A stretch of DNA of 63,126 bases, filler included, from Octopus bimaculoides (GCF_001194135.2; 5 parts of 5 records of this genome joined end to end with filler, not necessarily neighbours in it), one strand, 5' to 3'; numbered from the whole stretch's first letter, positions 1-12,639 are shown. Numbers and translations: made by a program. Notes: generated from the letters alone by a model not told the origin.

Positions 1-130
<130 letters not shown>

Positions 131-484
131 CCATGCATGTATGTATGTACGTTAGATGTAAGAACACTCCAGTTTATGTTCTTTTATTCCATTGATGTCA
201 TCTGCAATGTCTTCTCTCGTGACAAATTTCAGTATTTGGAACATAACCAAAACTTTAATAAACTCATTAATGTTCATTGAATGGGCAAACCTTTGTCTTA
301 CACTTCTATTTAGTTTTAGTTCTGGATATTCTCATTCTGAATCTATAGAATACCCGACAAAAGACTGCACATCTTTTTTCTGTTTTTTTTTTTTTATCTC
401 AAAACATGTATTTAAAATCAAAACAAATTCTAGAAACAAATAAGAAATTAGAACTGTTCACTGAGCTGTAGAATGCAAAACTGA

Positions 485-700
485 AATAATGATAATGATG
501 ATGTAGTAATAACAACAATGATAGTAATAATAATATTAATAATAATGATGATGTAATAATAATAATAACATTGATGATAATAATAATGATAATATTAATG
601 ATAATGATAATAATGATAATAATGATAATAATTGTATAAATAAAATTAAATAGAATGTAGTAATAATAAAATATTATAGAATATGGTAATATGGTAATAA
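485..700. repeat. degenerate (TAA/TGA)n trinucleotide microsatellite
   Basis: Run of aataat/gatgat/gataat units. Confidence 0.9.
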
Positions 701-1129
701 TAAAATTTTTGGCTTTTTTTTTTTTTACATGGTACCCTGTATACTGTTATGAGTCTTTATAACAAAGACATACTAAAAATCAATATTTTGGCTTGACACA
801 TGACATTAATGAATCACTGTGATTAAGTAATTAAGTAATTAAGATACTGGAGAGTTTGTGAGATAATATGTTTAATCTAACATCCTAGTGTATTCGGCTT
901 TACTTAGACTTCCTGTGAGAAAAGAGTTACACTTACATATCAAGAGGTCCGTGGATAAAATGTTTTCTTCAGGCAACTGCAAGTTAATGAAGGGACCCAC
1001 CACGTGGTTGGTCAAGATGCTAGATATAGCAATAAAATTTACTATAAATCAAAGCCTTAACCCACCAAATTTAAGTGTTAATAGGGACACCTTCAATATA
1101 TATATATATACATACACTCATGCTAGCAT

Positions 1130-1345
1130 GGTAGGCTGCAACAGCCTGGGTTTCAGGAGCCCACAGCTTTTTAATATTCTCCCAAAGAGCCTGAGGAACC
1201 TGAACAAAGTAGATGTAGGCATTTTTTAATCAAGGCTGGACCTCTTCCTGTCGAGTGTCCCAGACGAACCTACCTCACGGCAAGAGGTGCAAATGAGAGT
1301 AGCTACATTAAACTCCATTCCACACCGAGTGCCACATGTTAGAGG
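1130..1345 (+). mobile_element. CR1/L2-type LINE, ORF2 C-terminal fragment (decayed)
   Basis: Translates CNSLGFRSPQLFNILPKSLRNL..DVGIF*SRLDLFLSSVPDEP, matching the recalled post-RT C-terminus (FN.LP..LR..LD.FL..VPDEP) of CR1-group LINEs. Confidence 0.75.
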
Positions 1346-1694
1346 AGGATCTCAGTAATAACAGTGTAGCAAAAAGGCAGTGCTCCAGCATGGCCACAGC
1401 TTTGAGCTGAAACTTCAAAAAAAAAAAACACATTATATATATATGTATATGTATATATATACATATGTATATAAAACCAAGAAAGAGAGAACAAATTTCA
1501 AAGGTCAGTGTTCATATTCTCTCAATATATTTCAAGAGCTGTACAAGGTGATAACTATCCCATTTTTTGGTTGGCCTGAGGCTATAGTAGTAATTGGCAC
1601 TTGCCGAAGATGCCACGCAGTGGGACTGAACCTGAAACTGTGAGGTTGGGAAGCAAGCTTCTTAACATACACCCACTCCTGCACCTACATATAC

Positions 1695-1731
<37 letters not shown>

Positions 1732-2736
1732 GTGTGCGGGTATATTACAACAAACAAATGGGCAGGATGGTCACATTTGGAAATGGCCTTGGTTCATAGG
1801 TTTGCACAGTCATGGCTGTCAGGGAGACAAAGTGGGGAGGTTGATGCCAAGCAGTATTAACAGCAACAGCAACAACAACAGCATCTACTCCAATAAATTC
1901 TGCTGCTATCTAAATCTAAAGAACCAGATAGTAAAGAGAATTATGAAAAATATTTCAAAAATTTTTAAGTAGACGAATAAATAAGAGAAATGAAAATATA
2001 AATTAGAATAAAAATAAAACAGAAAGAAAAAAGAGATATAAAACAAAGAAAGTTTTCAATGGGAGTCAATATATTTTAATTTTTTATGTGTGCGTATATG
2101 TGTGGGTTTTAAAAAATAAACTATCAATTATTGCAAATGTATTTATCTCATATTGTCGTTTTATTCATTCGCCAATATCTTCTATTTAGCAATTGTATGC
2201 AAGAAAAGCTACACTATTTTTGAATAAAATCTGGTGAGCCAACACTGGAATAGTAAAACGGTGAAGGCAGCAGAGTGTGCCAAATAGTGACAACATATAC
2301 ACTGGGCAAAAGATTGATTACTGACTATCTTGCAGACACTGTTTGAAAGTTGCCTAACCAGATGATCGATACGTAATTAAAATAAAATCTAATATATTGC
2401 TGTATTGAATGTAAGCTTTGACTATTGGAATTAAGATAGTGTGGTTCTGTAGGAATGCAAATATATATATGTGTATATATATATATGTATATATATGTGT
2501 GTGTGTATATATATACACACACANNNNNNNNNNNNNNNNNNNNNNNNNNNNNNNNNNNNNNNNNNNNNNNNNNNNNNNNNNNNTATATATATATATATAT
2601 ATATATATATGAATATACATTAATATATATATATATGTGTGTGTATGTATATATATATGTCTACATATATATATATATGTGTGTGTGTGTATGTATATAT
2701 ACATATATCTGTGTGTGTGTGCATGTGTTTATAATA

Positions 2737-2770
<34 letters not shown>

Positions 2771-2789
2771 AAGAATGGAATACATGCAA

Positions 2790-3060
2790 TAAAGATATGA
2801 AGATCAGAAAGCTCCTGGTCCATTCCTGAATTCCTGCTGAGATGCTTAGAATATCTGGCAGAGTGAGATACAGCCAAGTCACCCAAATAGTTAATTAGGT
2901 TATTCAGGAAGGTATCATACCCAACTAATAGGTATTAATAGCATCATAGTCAAGTGTTACAAGGGGAAAAGAGATGCCTTTTAGACAAAGAATTAGGTCA
3001 TAAAAATTACTGAAAGATATATAGGTCAATTAATTATGAAGAGAGTAAAGTTTGGTTAAC
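2790..3060 (+). mobile_element. RTE-type LINE, ORF2 fragment upstream of RT core (decayed)
   Basis: IPAEMLRISGRVRYSQVTQIVN and SIIVKCYKGKRDA resemble GITAEMLK / IV..YKGKGD motifs of RTE ORF2; in-frame stops present. Confidence 0.7.
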
Positions 3061-3079
3061 ACAGTTTGGTTTTGTCTCG

Positions 3080-3400
3080 GGGAAAAGTACTACTAACACT
3101 TTCTTGTAGTAATGCAATGGCAGGAGAAGAATTTAACCAAAAGAAAATGCAGGGGTGTTTGGAAGGAGTGAGTTCTCCAACTGTTAAAAACACCAGTGTA
3201 AATGTATATGCATGTGTGTGTATTCATGCGTGTACAGTTGGATGTGGTCAATACAGGGCTGGAATCTCATGTTGCGGTGGTGGGAGGGCTGAATCTGGGA
3301 GTCTTGCCATTTTTATAATGATGATGGTATCCATGAGTAACCAATTATATACTCTCTTTCATGTGGGCATGAAAGGAAAAACTTACTCTCATAGTTTAAG
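3080..3400 (-). mobile_element. possible CR1/Jockey-like LINE 3' remnant
   Basis: Weak minus-strand similarity to NSF.P.T..LWNSLP-type C-terminal motif with frameshifts. Confidence 0.3.
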
Positions 3401-3499
3401 TAGATTTCTGAGTGAAGAGAGTTTTTAATAGTTCTTTTCTCCTGATTGTTTTGAATTAAGGTTTACACTTATCCAGTACTCTCTACTTCATGTTGTAAT

Positions 3500-3740
3500 C
3501 CATGGCACTTTCCTTCAACATCTCTCCTGAACAACAAAGGCAAACTTATGGTTGTTATATCTGGTTCTGAAAGGACCTTCTGTCATGCCCACATGCCTCT
3601 GCACACTTGACTACACACTGTAGTCCTTTGATGTCACCTCTGCCTCTTGTATGATGGTCGTTGTCTTGAACTGGCTGTTAAGAGAACATGAGTTGCCTCT
3701 GTATGAGCATCCAACCTGTATCACTGATGTGGACCTACTT
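3500..3740 (-). mobile_element. Penelope-like element GIY-YIG endonuclease fragment
   Basis: Minus strand gives CSLNSQFKTTTIIQEAEV...HVGMTEGPFRTRYNNH, matching the PLE GIY-YIG pattern (CPL.G.C....VY.A.V...YIG.TEG.FK.RY.NH). Confidence 0.75.
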
Positions 3741-4244
3741 TCTAATATTTTCTTTGTACTAGGTGCACAGCTAAAAGAAACTTAAAGTGTGTTTATGAAA
3801 TATTTCATGGAATTTATTCATACAGGGAAAGTGTTTAACCATTTTGAGCAGAGAACATAGTTCTTGGTGACATTCCCTCTCTTATTGGCTCACACAACTT
3901 TATTCTTGTCTTTTTCATAGCAACAACAGACTAGATCTGACACTTTCTAATTTCTTGTAGCAGAGAGCCATCATCTTTTCTGTACCAGCTACTCTGATGA
4001 GTGTGGTCTTAGAAAATTACCTAAATTACCTAATATACTGTGCGAAACTGATTGGTAAAATTGGCTGAAATGAATCTATAATATTGTATAATATGCAGAT
4101 TAATATCCCCACTCAATCAAAAATGTATGAGTGCCTGCTTTTCTGGCTAATGGATTCTTAAACTACTCTCTGTGTATGTGTGTGTGTACACATATATATA
4201 CATGGATACCTGCATGCGTGCTTACGTACACATATGCATGAATA

Positions 4245-5569
4245 CTCTAAGTTTATAAAAACTTAATTGTCTTTTGTGGCGTAATTCCATACCTTGATAA
4301 TTATTTAAAAAAAAAAGAAAATTTATTTAACAATGTTCATATAAAATATACCATTTGAAGTTTAGATTTCATTCTATTGATTCGTGTTAATGGTTAATGT
4401 TTTAACTGTTTACTGTTATGTATTCAAGTCTGTCAAATTAATGATGGGAAATAAATCAAATTCAAACAATTTTATTGTATGAAATCAAACTGGAATGCAC
4501 AACCGCAGAAACAGCTCACATTTCCAACCGAGTATTTTGTAATGGGTGGGGTATATAAATGAATGTACATCTCATCATTGCTTCTAAAATTTCATAGTAG
4601 AGATGTAAACCTTGAAAATAATTGAAAACAATCAATTAATGATATTTGCAGCATGCTGGGAAGCCAAAAACCCTTGAGAAAAGGGTGCCACATGGGCTGA
4701 ATAAAAAGAGAAAGAATATTACCATTAGGAAGCTTGCTTTGTGTTTCTTTTGTGAAAAAAAAAATCTATTTTTTGATTTTAGTGGAAAATGGATTCTATA
4801 TGGCAATCGATGGTATTCTGCACAGTGGCTGCACCAAAACACTTTTCCAAACAGATGCTGCATTTAAAGAAGATTGTGGACTATTTTTTGAAGATTGCAA
4901 ATGGAATTGTCCACTGCTGTTTTTTGATTCCTAGTGAAACCATAACAGTAAAGTCTTTCCAGATAATCCTCAAAATACACATAGAATTGCAATGCTTATG
5001 TCCTGTGTTGGGCAAGCCAAAAAGACCAATTCTTCTCCATTAGAATGCCTGATCAATACTCATAAATGACAAGAGAAAATAACTAAACTGAGTTATGAAA
5101 TTCTGTATCACCCAGTTTATTCCCTCGACCCATCACTGACTGCACTGACATAGCTAAAGTGTATACCATTTAGGAGAGCCATTCAGTTTGCTACCCTCCT
5201 CTCCAGGGGCCCAAGGCTATCCAAGCTTATACAGCAGGCCCAGAAGTTCTAGACCCTCTTAAAGGCATCATCCAGAAATGGACCCCACTGAGTAACTCTG
5301 CTACTATCTGATTGATTACCACTTCTATAAGCATCACAATATCCAGCTAAGGAAGGTCTTTGGAGACCAAGCAGAAGCTTGAAATGCCTTTGAAGGACAC
5401 AAGGCTTCACCGTTGGAATAAAATGATATTCTTCATTTTTGGTAAACGTGTAGATTCTAGTGGTTATAATTACAATTAATAAAATTTATAAAATTTATTT
5501 ATTTTGAGTTGAAATATATTGCTTTATAGCTGACAGTTAAAACGGTAATTATTTTGTGCCAAACTGATA
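4245..5569 (+). mobile_element. mariner (DD34D, Hsmar1-like) transposon, decayed, with internal insertion
   Basis: RVPHGL (WVPHEL), KWILYGNRWYSAQWL (KWILYDN..RSAQWL), YEILYHPVYSLD (HPPYSPDL) and DYHFYKH motifs; 3' end AACGGTAATTATTTTGTGCCAAACTGATA resembles the Hsmar1 right TIR. The left boundary is uncertain. Confidence 0.85.
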
Positions 5570-5599
5570 CACACATAGACAAACACACACACACACACA

Positions 5600-5655
<56 letters not shown>

Positions 5656-6043
5656 AATATATATTGATACTTTTGTGTGGGTGCCTGTGTGTGTGTATGT
5701 GTGTATAAACATATATATATTATAGGAATATATGTATATATATATACATATGTATTATATATGTATGTGTGTGTGTATATATGTATGTATGTATATATGT
5801 ATATAACTAGCTATCTTTACCCACATACACACACATATATATGCATATATACATACACACACACATATATACATACATAGCTACACATATATTTGTATAT
5901 ATGTCTATATGTATATATATACATATATTTATGTACATATATGTATGTATATATATCATGGAAGGCGGACATTAAACGATGTTGATGATGATGATATATA
6001 TATATATATATCAACACACACACACACACATATATATATACAT

Positions 6044-6076
<33 letters not shown>

Positions 6077-6391
6077 CATACATATCCTAGTATGTTCTGT
6101 ATTCTGATTTTAGAAACATACACAAGTAATATATACATTTTTTGTTGCATTAGAAATTGAAATTTTCAGCAATTTTAATTAAATTAAGCCTCTGTTCATT
6201 ACCGCTTCTCTAAAAGCTAACACTAGCAGATGACAATGATTTATGAATGGCTCTGCTGATAATTCCTGTATTTTCAAGAATTATCAACCCAAAGACAAGT
6301 CTGCAAATCAATTATCAAGGCACACTTAACAATTCATATATCTTTTAGTATAAATATTCTTCATTTTCTGTTTGCAGTTAATAATCTTTTC

Positions 6392-6597
6392 TCCTCTAGG
6401 CACAAGGCCTGAAATTTGATGAGAGGGGAGTCAGTCAATTAGATCGACCCAGTATGCAACTGGTACTTAATTTATCAACCCTGAAAGGATAAAAGGCAAA
6501 GTTGACATTGGCGGAAATTGAACTCAGAACATAAAAACAGACGAAATACACCTAAGCATGTCACCCGGTGTGCTAACAATTCTGCCAGCTCACTGCT
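6392..6597 (-). mobile_element. tRNA-derived SINE, family A (CCTTTCATCCTTTCGGGGTCGATAAA core), CpG-decayed copy
   Basis: Same family as 12160-12319, 29800-29960, 38005-38210 and 62657-62871; head with A/B-box-like GAGTTCAAATTCC on the minus strand. Confidence 0.85.
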
Positions 6598-7074
6598 TTT
6601 TCCTATTTGCACTTGATAGTGTGTTATAATCGTATAATTATTTTATCAGTCAGTCATTGGACTGTGGCCATGCTGTAGCACAGCCTTGAAGGATTTAGTT
6701 TAACAAATTGACCCCAATGCTTATTTTTTAAGTTTGGTACTTATTCTTAGGGACATAAGTAAACCAACACTGGTTGTCAAGTGGTGGTGGGGGACAAAAG
6801 CAAATACAAAAGTGCACACAAACACATGCACACATACATACATACATACATACATAGGTACATACCTTCAGGCATACATGCATATATACACGCATACATA
6901 CATACATGCATGCATGCATACATGCATGCATACATACATACATGCATATATGCATGTATATACATACATATATGCATACCTTCATACATACATATATACA
7001 TGCATGCATACATATATGCGTGGCCACAGTCAAATGACTGAAACAAGTAAAAGAGTAAAGAGTATATACACATT

Positions 7075-7400
7075 CTGTCATTTGTTTCAGTTATTTGACT
7101 GCAGCCATACTGGAGCACTGCTTTTAGTCAAACAAATCGACCCCAGGACTTATTCTTTGTAAACCTAGTATTTATTTTATCGGTCTCTTTTGCCAAACCG
7201 CTAATTTACAGGGATGTAAACACACCAACATCAGTTGTCAAGCGATGCTGGGGGGACAAACACATACACACAAACATACATATATATATATATATATATC
7301 TATGACGGGCTTCTTTCGGTTTCCATCTACCAAATCCATTCACAAGGCTTTGGTCAGCCTGAGGCTATAGTAGAAGACATTTGCCTAAGGTGCTACAAAA
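7075..7400 (-). mobile_element. tRNA-derived CORE-like SINE, family B
   Basis: Reverse complement of the family-B body (CTACTATAGCCTC..GACCAAAGCCTTGTGAGTGGATTTGGTAGACGGAAAC), as seen at 21673. Confidence 0.8.
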
Positions 7401-7511
7401 AATCATAGACAAAGACTACCTCAATAGTATTTGAACATAAAATAACTTGATTAAATATCATAAAGCATTTCTTTTTCCAAATGCTACCCATATAATCTTT
7501 TCAATTGTACA

Positions 7512-7890
7512 CAGGCATGGCTGTATGGTAAGTAGCTTGCTTATTGCTTAGCAACCACATGGTTCCAAGATCAATCCCACTGCGTGGCATCTTGGGCAAG
7601 TGTCTTCTACTATAGCCTCGGGCCGACCAATGCCTTGAAAGTGGATTTGATAGATGGAAACTGAAAGAAGCCCATTGTATATATATATTTGTATATGTTT
7701 GTGTGTCTGTGTTTGTGCCCCCATCATCACTTGATAAACAATGTTGATGTGTTTACCTCCCCCGTAACTTAGTGGTTCGGCAAAAGAGACTGATAGACTA
7801 AGTACTAGGCTTACAAAGAATAAATCTTGGGATTGATTTGTTCGACTTAAGGTGGTGCTCCAGTATGACCGCAGTCAAATGACTGAAAGG
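7512..7890 (+). mobile_element. tRNA-derived CORE-like SINE, family B, near full length
   Basis: tRNA-like head (TGGCTGTATGG..GGTTCCAAGATCAATCCC), then CTTGGGCAAGTGTCTT (resembles MIR/CORE CTTGGGCAAGT) and the family-B 3' tail. Confidence 0.85.
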
Positions 7891-7894
7891 AATA

Positions 7895-8070
7895 AAAGAA
7901 TAAGGCCTGAAATTTTGAACGAGGGGGCTAGTCGACTGACCCTCCAGCATTTGACTGGTACTTATTTTATCAACCCCAAAAGGATGAAAAGCAAAGTGGA
8001 CCTCAACAGAATTTGTGCTCAGAATGTAGAGAATCAGAAGAAATGCTTGCTACTAAGGAGTCTGCCAGTT
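7895..8070 (-). mobile_element. SINE family A, decayed copy
   Basis: GACTGGTACTTATTTTATCAACCCCAAAAGGATGAAAAGCAAAGTGGACCTC matches the family A reverse complement. Confidence 0.75.
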
Positions 8071-8084
8071 CACAGCATTTAGAA

Positions 8085-8277
8085 CAGCTGTTCCCAGCAC
8101 TTTTGCAATCGCGACCTCTGACCCAAAAGCTTGAAACCCACACAACCCCCTACTATCAGCAACCTAATTTACATTTTATTTAATTAATATTATCCCAAGC
8201 CACTTCTAGCAAGGCTACGCAACCCCCACTGCTAAGGCTTTGCCAGGGAGTCAGGAACCACCGTTTGGGAACCCCTG
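8085..8277. mobile_element. hAT-Charlie MITE (193 bp) with perfect 8-bp TSD
   Basis: Ends CAGCTGTTCCCAGC ... GTTTGGGAACCCCTG; ATTTAGAA at both 8077-8084 and 8278-8285 (fits the Charlie NTCTAGAN preference). Confidence 0.9.
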
Positions 8278-8621
8278 ATTTAGAACATCAAATAATAGGA
8301 ATGTGTTATGTATGACACCCAAGAAAAATTTTTCTATTGGAGAGGTAATGAATGCACCATATGGACTCTTAACCATTTGATGTAAAACCTCTTTCCAATA
8401 ACCGAATGAAATGTGGTGAATGGAATTAAGTGGGTTCATAAAATATTCAATGAAATGTTTTAAAGTTGTCAAGATAGTATCTCTGCTTGATTGATCAAAC
8501 AACTGAAAACTCATCGTCAGTTATTCTGAACAAGATCCATATAGATATATATATTTCTAAGCATTTGTGACTGTATGTATGTACGAATGTATGTATGTTT
8601 GTATGTATATATGTTCTTTTT

Positions 8622-8658
<37 letters not shown>

Positions 8659-10464
8659 CATACGTACATACATATACACACATACATACATGCATATATC
8701 ATTTGATGTACACAGTATACAGTTATGAGCTACTAATAGTTTCATGTGTTGAAGATGTAGTCCAGGAAAGTTTTAATAACATGCCTTGTGTCTCCAAGCA
8801 TCCTCAAGCTCTGAGCACGTGGCCTACACAATTTACAAATCAGGATGCTAGAAAAGAGAAATCGCGAGAAAAAAACGAAAGTAAGGTGAAAGAAAAAAGT
8901 GGAAAGATGAAAAGAATGGACAAATTTTTTAAAAAGTGAAAATTAAAGCTGTCCCCTTCGACCGTAAAGCCATAATAAAGCTTGTTGTTCTAGAATAAAT
9001 CAACAGAGAGGGCTTCAAAGTCTGCGATACAACTGCTCATTCCAGAGAGGGTGCTGTCTTCCATTACGCCAAAAGAAACGTCTTCATGGGTTTGCATTTG
9101 CTGAAAATTTCTGATCGAGAATTCAGCAGTATGGTGGAATTCTTATATCTAAAAAAACAATAAAAGCAATCTTTTAGCTATGCATCAGTTACATTTCTTA
9201 GATCCACTAACATATGTCATGGCTTTTTCGATGATTTTCTACTCAATTGTTTGTGTCATGGAGTTGGTCTTAAAACCACGTACGTGATTAGCCAACTTAG
9301 TGGCTTTACTTTAGTCATTGATTGAAATATATAATTGTACAGTTATACTGAACACGCTTATATACTCTATAATGGTAATTCGAAACCAAAGCACTAGGTT
9401 TGCATCACGACCTAACCACAATATTTTCACGTCATTGGTCTATTAAGAACAATCAGCGTCAAGCCATCACGTGATTCAATCTTTTAGAATCTTCTCTTTG
9501 TGCCCTATAAAAAGGTGCCGTTTTGGTAGAACTGTAGAATGTTGAAGCAGCTGCGTAATGTGTCACCATTCTTGCCACAGCCAGACAATCCAAGAAGACG
9601 GTTAGACCAGACAGGAGATAGACGACAGGAATCTTTGTCGCCAGACATACAGCACGACTTTTTCCAGTTATGTTGGGCAAACCACATGTTGCTGTATCAG
9701 TAAGCTTGACGTAAACTCGAATTAGTGTGTCTCTCCCAGTATGTAATTATGTGCTTCAAATTTTGGCATAAGGCCAGAAAGAGACCAAAGAGATTTGGAC
9801 TGAAAGCGATCGGCGATACATGTAAGGGATGACGTTAATTGTTATTGACCCAGAAAGAATAGTGTTTGTCATTTATTTAGCTGTTTCGGTTAGCCAGGAT
9901 AAAGCAAATTTATTGGTAGTGGTAGTTAGTATAGAGAATCCGGGACTTCTGGCGAGGGAGCTGGCGTGATTTAAATGCTTGTTCAGTGTTTATCTTATGG
10001 AGAATAGTTTAGCCTACTGATTAGTAATACTTATGCAAAAGAGAGCTGTAACTGATAAGCTCAGATAAAACTAAGTGGTACTTATTTCAATGTTCTCAGA
10101 AAAAAAAAAAAGTTAAAGTTAAATTTAGCAGCAGCAAAATACGATTGCGAAAACAGTAAACAGTATTCAGCTGACAAGTATATGATCCAACGTGCTTTTG
10201 GAAAATGTATACATACACACGCACGCGCGTCCATGCGCATGCACACGCACACGTGCGTCCATGCGCGCGCGCACACACACACGCACAGATGCGTCAATGC
10301 ACATACACGCACGTACACATGCGTCCATGCGCATACACACACAAGCATACGTATATACACACACACATACATACATACATACACACACATACATACAAAC
10401 ATACATACATACACACATACATACATACATACATACATACATACATACATACATACATACGCAA

Positions 10465-10785
10465 AAAAGACTGTCCTGAAATAAATTTAGAAAATCCCTC
10501 TGTTACAGAATACATTCATAAACACCAACTCAAGGAATACTGGTGGAATATTTCCATAGAAAAAAGGAGAATCTGGATAAACTGGGATTTTCAGAAAGAG
10601 AAATCGACCTGCTAATTCGTACATTACAAGTGCAATCTGTGAATGGAACAATAAAAATATGGAAGACTTTTCTCAAGTTCCAAATGTGAATTTGCCTGCG
10701 TTAACTACATCCTAAAGATGGAGCCCTGTATCTTTGTTGGAAACCGGCTCTCTCATCAGTGGAAGATTTATAATAATTAAATAAC
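10465..10785 (+). mobile_element. RLE-type (R4/Dong-like) non-LTR retrotransposon 3' fragment with internal deletion
   Basis: KEYWWNISI, then KLGFSEREIDLLIRTLQVQSVNGTIKIWKTFLKFQM* (RLE C-terminal LQ....GT..I pattern), a short 3' UTR and a TAA-like tail. Confidence 0.6.
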
Positions 10786-10929
10786 AGAGGAGACACATAC
10801 ATATATATATATATACAAGGTGTTCCAAAATGTGTGTCTTTTTTAATTTCGTTTTTAGATTTAACTTATAGGAAAGTTGGTTATACATCATTAGATGTAT
10901 ACCTGACTTTCCTATATAAAATTAAGGAA

Positions 10930-11259
10930 TATAACGAAACGCTGAACTCCAGACTATCAACTTAAACAACACTTTATTTAGGTGGTAAATATATACATCT
11001 TTAGTTCTTGTTGTTACAGCTTCTGTTGTTGGGACGTTGTTATGTAGGTGTGAGCGAGCTGTCGAGCGTAAGTCCGAAAGATGTAGAGAGACAGCTTAAC
11101 ACGTAAAGAGGCTGTCTCCAGAGTTCGAATGTTAGAGACACTCTTGACACGTCCATTGCTCTATGCTGGCCAGCAAGAAAGAGAATGAATTGAGCGGGAA
11201 CGCTTGGTTGTTTAATTCTACGCATGCGTGAGACTACGCATGCGCACGGCGTTACTACA
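10930..11259 (-). mobile_element. solo-LTR-like insert within the mariner element
   Basis: 330-bp non-transposase insert with ends TATAAC...GTTACTACA (minus TGTAGTAAC...GTTATA) and AATAAA on the minus strand; no TSD found. Confidence 0.5.
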
Positions 11260-12159
11260 AACTCATTAGAAATAATGATGAGAGACTAAACTTTTAGCAA
11301 AAGGAATTTATGTTTAAGTGTTACTAGGTGTTTGAAAATCCAGTCAAAATACAAAGACAGTTTAGCAGGGAGTTTCAAACATACCCACCTATGATGTTAC
11401 ATACCGTCAGTCAAAGTGGAGGTAAGTTCGAAGCAGGTGGAACTGTTCAGAATGTCCACATGATGCGTTGTGGAAGACTGCGGATCTCAACAAGTCTTGT
11501 AAAGTAAAGGATACTAGAAACTTATTGCCAGAGTTCAAGAATAGCAAGCGAGTAATGAAATAGGAAGTTCAAAATCAAGTGTCCATCGCATTGTCAAGCG
11601 CTGTCATTAAAAAATGTTACATTCCGAGAATAGTTCATTCTCCCAACGAGGATGATCCAGATCGAAGAGTGTGGAGTTTTGCGAGTGGGACTTGACAAGA
11701 TGTTTACTCCCAACAAAAGCTGCACGGAAGGATGAAACAACACTTAAAATAAACCGCCTCAGTTGCACTCACTAGGGATCTGAGAAACCCTATATTACGA
11801 AGGAACACTATATTAATTTATCAGGAGTCACACTGTACGGCGTTGCTTATCATCAAAAAGATCAATTGGGTTTTTTCTATTTATGGTACTGTGACTAGTA
11901 ACATTTACTTCAACTTCCTGCTATAATCTGTCACGCTAAGCATTCAAAAGAACTTCGAAGATATGGAATTTCATATCCAGCACGTGTTGCCGAACGTGTA
12001 GCATGGGTGTTGAGATTCTGTAGAATACCCACCGCATTCATCGGACCACACCCTACTAGACATGTTTACGGGGATATTTAAAAGATGGAGTTTACGGCAC
12101 AAAACCGATAACAGTGGTCGAATTGAGGGTAGCCATTGAACGAGAATGCGCACAAATAC

Positions 12160-12319
12160 ATTTTTTTTTCTATTCTAGGCACAAGGCTCGAAATTGGGGG
12201 GGAGGGCAGTCGATTAGGTCGACCCAGTGCGTAACTGGTACTTAATTTATCGACTCCGAAAGGATGAAAGGCAAAGTCGACCTCGGCGGAATTTGAACTC
12301 AGAAGATAAAGACAGACGA
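12160..12319 (-). mobile_element. SINE family A, 5'-truncated, with ~16-bp TSD
   Basis: Flanked by GAATGCGCACAAATAC (12144-12159) and GAATGTGCACAAATAC (12321-12336); CpGs intact. Confidence 0.9.
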
Positions 12320-12639
12320 AGAATGTGCACAAATACTGAAATGTTCCATTATATTTGAGATTCCATTCCTTTGCGATATCAGCACTGCCTGGGTCAGAAC
12401 GATCGCCATTTTGAAAATGAAACGCATTTTAATAAGCACTGACTGTATAACCATTTAATGTGTGCCTACATTTTTTGCAGGGGCATTCTGTGTATACAAG
12501 GTGTTCCCTCCAGAAATGTATTTACATACTGTATAATTTAATAGAATCTACAGATATCGCTGCCATAGCGTAAATAAAAATATTATTTGGAAATTTGCTA
12601 TGGGTTCTTCACATAATGCAACTCCAGTGACGACTAGTT

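Larger units (their letters stand above)
10816..12492 (+). mobile_element. Tc1/mariner (DD37D-like) transposon, decayed, with two nested inserts
   Basis: TA|CAAGGTGTTCCAAAA left end; GKFEAGGTVQNVH, PNEDDPDRRV, VEYPPHSSDHTLLD (YPPRSPDLTPLD) and YLKDGVY motifs; degenerate right TIR. Confidence 0.85.

Noticed and set aside
3985-4025. CTGATGAG..GAAA resembling a hammerhead core
   Set aside because: No stem II pairing (GTGTGGTCTTA) and no stem I or III.
8780-9700. Lys-rich ORF end (KSGKMKRMDKFFKK) as a possible hAT N-terminus
   Set aside because: No further transposase motifs or TIRs were recognised; left unassigned.
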